The position numbers were made by a program, and so were the translations under genes. Under the pieces are notes generated by a model, which saw only the letters and a list, made by a program, of their open reading frames with translations, made no database searches and was not told where the DNA came from. Below are positions 15,493 through 21,867 of a stretch of 21,867 bases of DNA, piece by piece. Source of the stretch: Deltaproteobacteria bacterium (GTDB taxonomy: Bacteria; Desulfobacterota; Binatia; UBA12015). How positions within the stretch are numbered: position 1 is the stretch's first letter; each line of letters opens with the position of its first letter. The DNA lies in the NCBI GenBank assembly GCA_046583355.1, contig JAYGCM010000049.1, positions 1 to 21,867 of the forward strand, given 5' to 3'.

Positions 15493-17787
15493 GTGATTGA
15501 TTTCGCTACACTCAACCCACCGCAAGCCGAGGCCGTGCGCCACGGCGACGGCCCCCTGCTCGTGCTCGCAGGTGCCGGCAGCGGCAAGACGCGAGTGCTC
15601 ACCTACCGCATCGCCCACCTGATCTCCGAACATGGTATTTCGGCGCGTGAAATTCTCGCCGTTACCTTCACCAATAAGGCGGCGCGCGAGCTGCGCACAC
15701 GGCTCGGTGAATTGCTCGGCAGCAACCTGGGCGACCTCACGGTCGGGACCTTCCATTCCACCTGCGCGCGCTGGCTACGGCGCCATGGCCCGCGCCTCGG
15801 CCTGCCCTCGAGCTTCGCCATCTATGACGACGCCGACTCGCTCTCGCTCTGCAAACGTGCCCTGGCCGATTGCGAAATCAGCGAGGACGAAGTGCCGCCA
15901 CGCGTGCTGCGCACCATGCTCGACCGAATGAAGAACCAGGCCCTGGACCCGGCCAAACTCAGTGCCGGGCCGAGTTGGTCCGAGGCAATGGTCCGAGCGG
16001 CGCGGCGCTACCAGGAATTGCTGAAACGCGCAGGTGCACTCGATTTCGGCGGCCTGATCACCGCCATGGTCACCCTCCTTGCCGAAGACAAGGAAGTCCG
16101 CGCCGCCTTCCAGCGGCGCTATCGCCATATTCTGGTTGACGAATACCAGGACGTGAACCACGCCCAATATCTCCTCATCGACCATATCGCGGGAAGGGAT
16201 GGCAACCTCTGCGTCGTCGGCGACGACGACCAATCCATCTACGGGTTCCGCGGGGCGAATGTCCGCGCCATCCTTGAATTCGGTCGCGACCATGCCGACG
16301 CCAAGGTCGTCCGCCTCGAGCAAAATTACCGCTCGACCGGCAATATCCTCGAGGCCGCCGGTGCCGTCATCGCGCGGAATTCCAGTCGTCACGGCAAAAA
16401 ACTCTGGACCGAAGACAAAGCCGGCGCGAAAATCCGCGTCGGGACCTTCCCCGATGACCGCGCCGAGGCCCGCTGGGTGGCAGGCGAGATCGGCAACGCC
16501 CAGTCCCGCGGCCGAAAGCCGGCCGATATCGCCGTCTTCTACCGTACCAACGCGCAATCCCGTGTCCTGGAAGAAGAGCTGGTTCGACTTGCTCTTAAAT
16601 ATGTTCTTGTTGGCGGGACGCGGTTCTATGACCGCCGTGAAGTCAAGGATATCCTCTCCTACCTGCGCATTCTGGTGAACCCGCACGACGATGTAAGCCT
16701 GGGCCGGATCATCAACGTGCCGACGCGCGGCATCGGCAACACCACGCAGATGAAGCTCTCGGACGCCGCACGCCGCAACGGATGCTCGGTTGCAGGGATA
16801 CTCGACCGGATGGACGACGAACCCGAACTGGTGAGTCTGGGCAAGGCTTCGCGCAGCCGCGTGCTCGAGTTCTGGTCGATGATGGGCAAGCTGCGTGAGT
16901 TCCTCGCTGCCGGCAGCCTGGCCGACGTAGTCGAGATGATCCTGCTGGAGAGTGGCTACGCCGAGCGCCTGCGCGGTGAGGGAACCACCGAAGCCGAAAC
17001 CCGCGCCGAGAACCTCGACGAGCTGATCGGCGCCACCCGCGAGGCCGAGATCGCAACGACCTTCCCGGATACCACCACGGCCATCGAGGCCTTCCTCGAG
17101 CGCGCCGCTCTGGTCACCAACCTCGATGATACCGACGAGGCACGCGGCGCCGTCAGCCTGATGACGCTGCATAACTCCAAGGGCCTCGAATTCCCGTTGG
17201 TCTTTCTTGTCGGACTCGAAGAGCGTGTCTTCCCGCATGTGCGCTCGCTGGACGAAGGAACGATCGAGGAGGAGCGGCGCCTCTGCTACGTCGGCATGAC
17301 ACGCGCGCGCGAGGAACTGGTCCTCACCCGAGCGCGGCATCGCATTCTCTTCGGCACCAGCCAGCAAAACCCTCCTTCGCGTTTTCTCCGCGAAATCCCG
17401 AAGCGATTGATCGAACAGGTAGGCCTCTTCGGCGATGTGCTCGAGGACCTGGGCGACGACGAAGAGAACGAAAACGCGGGCCTGCAGCAGCGCATCCAGC
17501 GGCTGATGGAACTCGGCGAACAAAGCCGGGAGCCGGTGGACGAAGGCGAGCCGCGCATCGATTATAGCGTGAGCCAGGAATACGACGCCGAGCCGGCCAA
17601 CCTGCCGCTGCGCGTCGGCACGGTGGTCAACCACCCGAAATTCGGCGCCGGTGTCGTACGACGCAAAGAAGGAATAGGCGAGGCCACCAAATTGACGATC
17701 AAATTCGAGCGCTATGGCATCAAGAAGCTGATCGCCCGCTTTGCGCCCTTGCAGATCCTCGGCCAGGAAGGCCCCTGGCGCGGCTGA
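15493..17787 (+). CDS. uvrD: ATP-dependent DNA helicase UvrD/PcrA (SF1A)
   Basis: LNPPQAEAV, AGAGSGKT, TFTNKAAREL, VDEYQD, GDDDQSIYGFRGA, LEQNYRST, YRTNAQSR, MTLHNSKGLEF, EEERRLCYVGMTRA, and a C-terminal Tudor-like domain (VNHPKFGAGVV...KKLIARFAPL). Start at GTG 15493. Confidence 0.95.
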   Translation: MIDFATLNPPQAEAVRHGDGPLLVLAGAGSGKTRVLTYRIAHLISEHGISAREILAVTFTNKAARELRTRLGELLGSNLGDLTVGTFHSTCARWLRRHGPRLGLPSSFAIYDDADSLSLCKRALADCEISEDEVPPRVLRTMLDRMKNQALDPAKLSAGPSWSEAMVRAARRYQELLKRAGALDFGGLITAMVTLLAEDKEVRAAFQRRYRHILVDEYQDVNHAQYLLIDHIAGRDGNLCVVGDDDQSIYGFRGANVRAILEFGRDHADAKVVRLEQNYRSTGNILEAAGAVIARNSSRHGKKLWTEDKAGAKIRVGTFPDDRAEARWVAGEIGNAQSRGRKPADIAVFYRTNAQSRVLEEELVRLALKYVLVGGTRFYDRREVKDILSYLRILVNPHDDVSLGRIINVPTRGIGNTTQMKLSDAARRNGCSVAGILDRMDDEPELVSLGKASRSRVLEFWSMMGKLREFLAAGSLADVVEMILLESGYAERLRGEGTTEAETRAENLDELIGATREAEIATTFPDTTTAIEAFLERAALVTNLDDTDEARGAVSLMTLHNSKGLEFPLVFLVGLEERVFPHVRSLDEGTIEEERRLCYVGMTRAREELVLTRARHRILFGTSQQNPPSRFLREIPKRLIEQVGLFGDVLEDLGDDEENENAGLQQRIQRLMELGEQSREPVDEGEPRIDYSVSQEYDAEPANLPLRVGTVVNHPKFGAGVVRRKEGIGEATKLTIKFERYGIKKLIARFAPLQILGQEGPWRG

Positions 17788-17810
17788 GTCTGGCGCCACC
17801 CTTTACGCAT

Positions 17811-17846
17811 AAAAAAACGCCCGCGGAAAAATCCGCGGGCGTTTTT
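17811..17846. terminator. Bidirectional Rho-independent terminator
   Basis: AAAAAAACGCCCGCGGA-AAAA-TCCGCGGGCGTTTTT: a perfect GC-rich stem with A and T tails, between convergent genes. Confidence 0.92.
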
Positions 17847-17867
17847 CATCTCATAGATACCGGTAGT

Positions 17868-18188
17868 TCAGCGCTGGCTGCGCTCGCGGATCGTGCCCGC
17901 CGGCGAGTCGATCGTCACGCCTGTAGCCATGCCCTCGGTATAGCTTTCGTAATCGTAGCCCTCGTGCGGCACATGGCCGAAGATCGGTTCGAGATCTTCC
18001 TGCGCGAAGAGGCGATGGATCGGCCGGGTGAAGAGCCACTCCACGGCGTAGCCGATCGGGTGCAGGACGTAGGCAATCAGCCGCAGAGGATTCGCCTGGG
18101 AATCGTCGTAATCATCGACGGCCATCGCCGGCGTCGCCAATAGCGAAACCATCAATCCCACAACCACCATATTTCGCAGACTCTTCAT
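17868..18188 (-). CDS. Small secreted protein of unknown function (106 aa)
   Basis: ATG 18188 follows GAGG/GGGGG. Signal peptide MKSLRNMVVVGLMVSLLATPAMA with an AxA site; mature region DDYDDSQANPLRLIAYVLHPIGYAVEWLFTRPIH. Ends next to the terminator. The ORF-track extension to 18485 is antisense to the ABC gene and was not used. Confidence 0.75.
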   Translation of the reverse strand: MKSLRNMVVVGLMVSLLATPAMAVDDYDDSQANPLRLIAYVLHPIGYAVEWLFTRPIHRLFAQEDLEPIFGHVPHEGYDYESYTEGMATGVTIDSPAGTIRERSQR

Positions 18189-18293
18189 TCCGACCCCCGA
18201 TCCTCGGGTCAAAGTACCGGAGTCCCCGCCATCAAACCACCCCCATCGAAGAGCCGACTGGCAAAGGCAGCATCTGCGTGGTCGAAGGTGGTC

Positions 18294-20135
<1,842 letters not shown>

Positions 20136-20318
20136 TCCGCCCCTGCTCTACGGCAGAGCGGTGATTGGCCCGCTGCGGCCTACGCGGTGATCGAATCCGG
20201 GACGCGGATTCGATGCGATGACTCTCGCGGCCAGTGCATTGCTCGCCCGGATTCCTCCGGTTTGCGGGAGACCAGCCACCCTCTTCAGTCTGCACGGACA
20301 CGAAAGCAGTGCTAGATA

Positions 20319-20348
20319 GCGCCCTTGGGACCGCGCCCTTGGGACCGC
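20319..20348. repeat. 14-bp perfect tandem duplication
   Basis: GCGCCCTTGGGACC at 20319-20332 and again at 20333-20346, followed by GC. Confidence 0.9.
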
Positions 20349-20418
20349 TTCAGAGCGCCGCGGAATCGGTGCGACGGGGTGAGGGGCAAATGGCCCCCTG
20401 AAACGAAACGAGGGCGGA

Positions 20419-21258
20419 ATGGAAATCAGAGTACAGGGAGAGATCAAAAGCAACGAACGTAACGTGGGCGAGACTCGAATCACCACAGTCTGTCTGCTGG
20501 CAGCCGGCACCGGCAGCCGTCTCCTCCCTCTCACCAAAGCCATGCCGAAATGCCTCACCAGGGTCGACGGCAAGCCCATCCTCGAGAGACTGGTCGGCTG
20601 CTTGCGCGACCAGGGTTTCCGCCGGCTCGTAGTCGTCGTAGGGCACCTCGAGGACCATATCCGCGCCTTCCTGGACGATTGCGCCGGTGACCTCATCGTC
20701 GACTATGTCCGCAATCCGATCTACCGGACGACCAACAATATGTACTCCCTATGGCTGGCAGGGGCCGCCATCGATAGCTCCATGGTTCTCGTGGAGAGCG
20801 ACCTGATCTTCGATTCCTCGTTGGTTGGAAGCCTCATTCAACCAGATCGAATCGCGGTCTCGCGCAGGCTTCCGTGGATGAACGGCACGACGATCACGAT
20901 GGACCGTGGCGGCCGGGTGACTTCTTTCCGCGATGGCTCCGCCGAGTTCTCAAACGACGACGAGTACAAGACTGTCAATATGTACAGCTTCTCGCGCGCC
21001 ACTTGGAGTCGCGTGCTCAAGCGACTCGGCCAAGCGGTCGCTGAGTCGAGAGAGAACGAATATTACGAGGTAGTCCTCAGGGAAATGGTCGCCGATGGCA
21101 GCCTTTCGCTGGACAGCCTCATCGTCGATTCCGACCGCTGGTACGAAGTAGATTCAATCAATGACCTCCCCGGCGCCGAGCGAATCGCCAAACTGAATGC
21201 CGCGCGAGCGACCCTCTCGCCTCCGATGGAGATCGCTCATATAGCCGAGAGCGCCTGA
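20419..21258 (+). CDS. Phosphocholine/phosphonate cytidylyltransferase-like NTP transferase (LicC/PntC-like)
   Basis: LLAAGTGSRLLPLTKAMPKCL, VVVGHL, NPIYRTTNNMYSLWLA, VESDLIFD, NEYYEVVL, WYEVDSINDL. The TNNxYSL and WxEVD motifs are typical of this subfamily. Alternative start at GTG 20464. Confidence 0.8.
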   Translation: MEIRVQGEIKSNERNVGETRITTVCLLAAGTGSRLLPLTKAMPKCLTRVDGKPILERLVGCLRDQGFRRLVVVVGHLEDHIRAFLDDCAGDLIVDYVRNPIYRTTNNMYSLWLAGAAIDSSMVLVESDLIFDSSLVGSLIQPDRIAVSRRLPWMNGTTITMDRGGRVTSFRDGSAEFSNDDEYKTVNMYSFSRATWSRVLKRLGQAVAESRENEYYEVVLREMVADGSLSLDSLIVDSDRWYEVDSINDLPGAERIAKLNAARATLSPPMEIAHIAESA

Positions 21259-21260
21259 CG

Positions 21261-21867
21261 GTGGTCGAGGCGACCGACCCGGGACCAAGGAAAGACGACG
21301 ACGCAGTCGCGGAAACTGCATCGCTCGATTATGCCACCATCGGCAAATATTGGAGCGAGGCCAAGCCTTCGATCCTCGGCCCCTATATGATGGACGGCTT
21401 CGGCTTTCCGGCCAGCGCGGGGACGTACCGATTCGACGCCGAGCGCGCGATCGTCGATCGGTTGGTCCAAACGGCGGGCGTCAATCCCGAAGGGGCCGTG
21501 CTGGACCTGGGGAGCGGGGTCGGATTCTGGGCCGAGTACTTCGCGCAGCGTTTCCAAAGAGTAGTCGCAGTCGAATCGAGCACGCCTCTCTACGAGGCGA
21601 TGCAACTCCGCTGCTCGAACTACGACAATGCCACGCTCGTGAACGAAGATGTATTGCGATTCGAGCCAGAAGGTCGCTACTCGCTTATCTTTCTCGGCGG
21701 CATGCTGATGTACCTCAACGAAAATGATGCTGTGGCGCTGCTGAAGAAAACGACTGATTTTCTCGAGCCCGGTGGCATCGTTCTCTGTCGTGAGAGCACC
21801 ATTCGCCGTGGCGTCCTCACCCGGCAGGGCGCCTATCAGGTGGTGTATCGATCGCCTGCAATCTATT
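21261..21867 (+). CDS. Class I SAM-dependent methyltransferase, phosphoethanolamine N-methyltransferase-like (3' truncated by the window edge)
   Basis: Hand translation from GTG 21261, 2 nt after the previous stop, is open to the window end: ...KYWSEAKPSILGPYMMDG...VLDLGSGVGFWAEYFAQ...VVAVE...LIFLGGMLMYLNENDA...LEPGGIVLCREST...YRSPAIY. Absent from the ORF track because there is no stop codon. Confidence 0.85.
   Translation, partial: MVEATDPGPRKDDDAVAETASLDYATIGKYWSEAKPSILGPYMMDGFGFPASAGTYRFDAERAIVDRLVQTAGVNPEGAVLDLGSGVGFWAEYFAQRFQRVVAVESSTPLYEAMQLRCSNYDNATLVNEDVLRFEPEGRYSLIFLGGMLMYLNENDAVALLKKTTDFLEPGGIVLCRESTIRRGVLTRQGAYQVVYRSPAIY

Noticed and set aside
4555..17787. Helicase, nuclease and methyltransferase genes as an anti-phage defence system
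   Set aside because: They are canonical MutS2, UvrD/PcrA and RlmE, dispersed and not co-operonic; the other methyltransferases lack DNA-methyltransferase motifs.
15775..17799. 674-aa minus-strand ORF
   Set aside because: Antisense to uvrD/pcrA in the mirror frame, with no domain signal.

Overview
High-GC bacterial chromosomal window, mostly housekeeping and cell-envelope genes. No rRNA, tRNA, CRISPR array or mobile element was recognisable. Left to right: the 5' tip of a probable GT2 glycosyltransferase; a PlsC-type acyltransferase whose catalytic His reads as Tyr, preceded by an apparent remnant of an LpxL/PatA-type acyltransferase; miaB; a small alpha/beta-hydrolase; moaB-moaD-moaE-mutS2; a secreted NIDO-like/HExxH protein; a large lipoprotein serine hydrolase; rlmE; a coiled-coil methyltransferase plus two GT4 glycosyltransferases; uvrD/pcrA with a bidirectional terminator; a small secreted protein; an ABC exporter. 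The window ends in a lower-GC segment with a LicC/PntC-like cytidylyltransferase and a truncated methyltransferase that is missing from the ORF track. That methyltransferase resembles the N-terminal domain of eukaryotic phosphoethanolamine N-methyltransferases, and this pair is the best candidate for an undescribed system. MoaD also has a masked C-terminal GG and is one base out of frame from a MoaD-MoaE fusion. All family calls come from motif recognition by eye; no searches were run.
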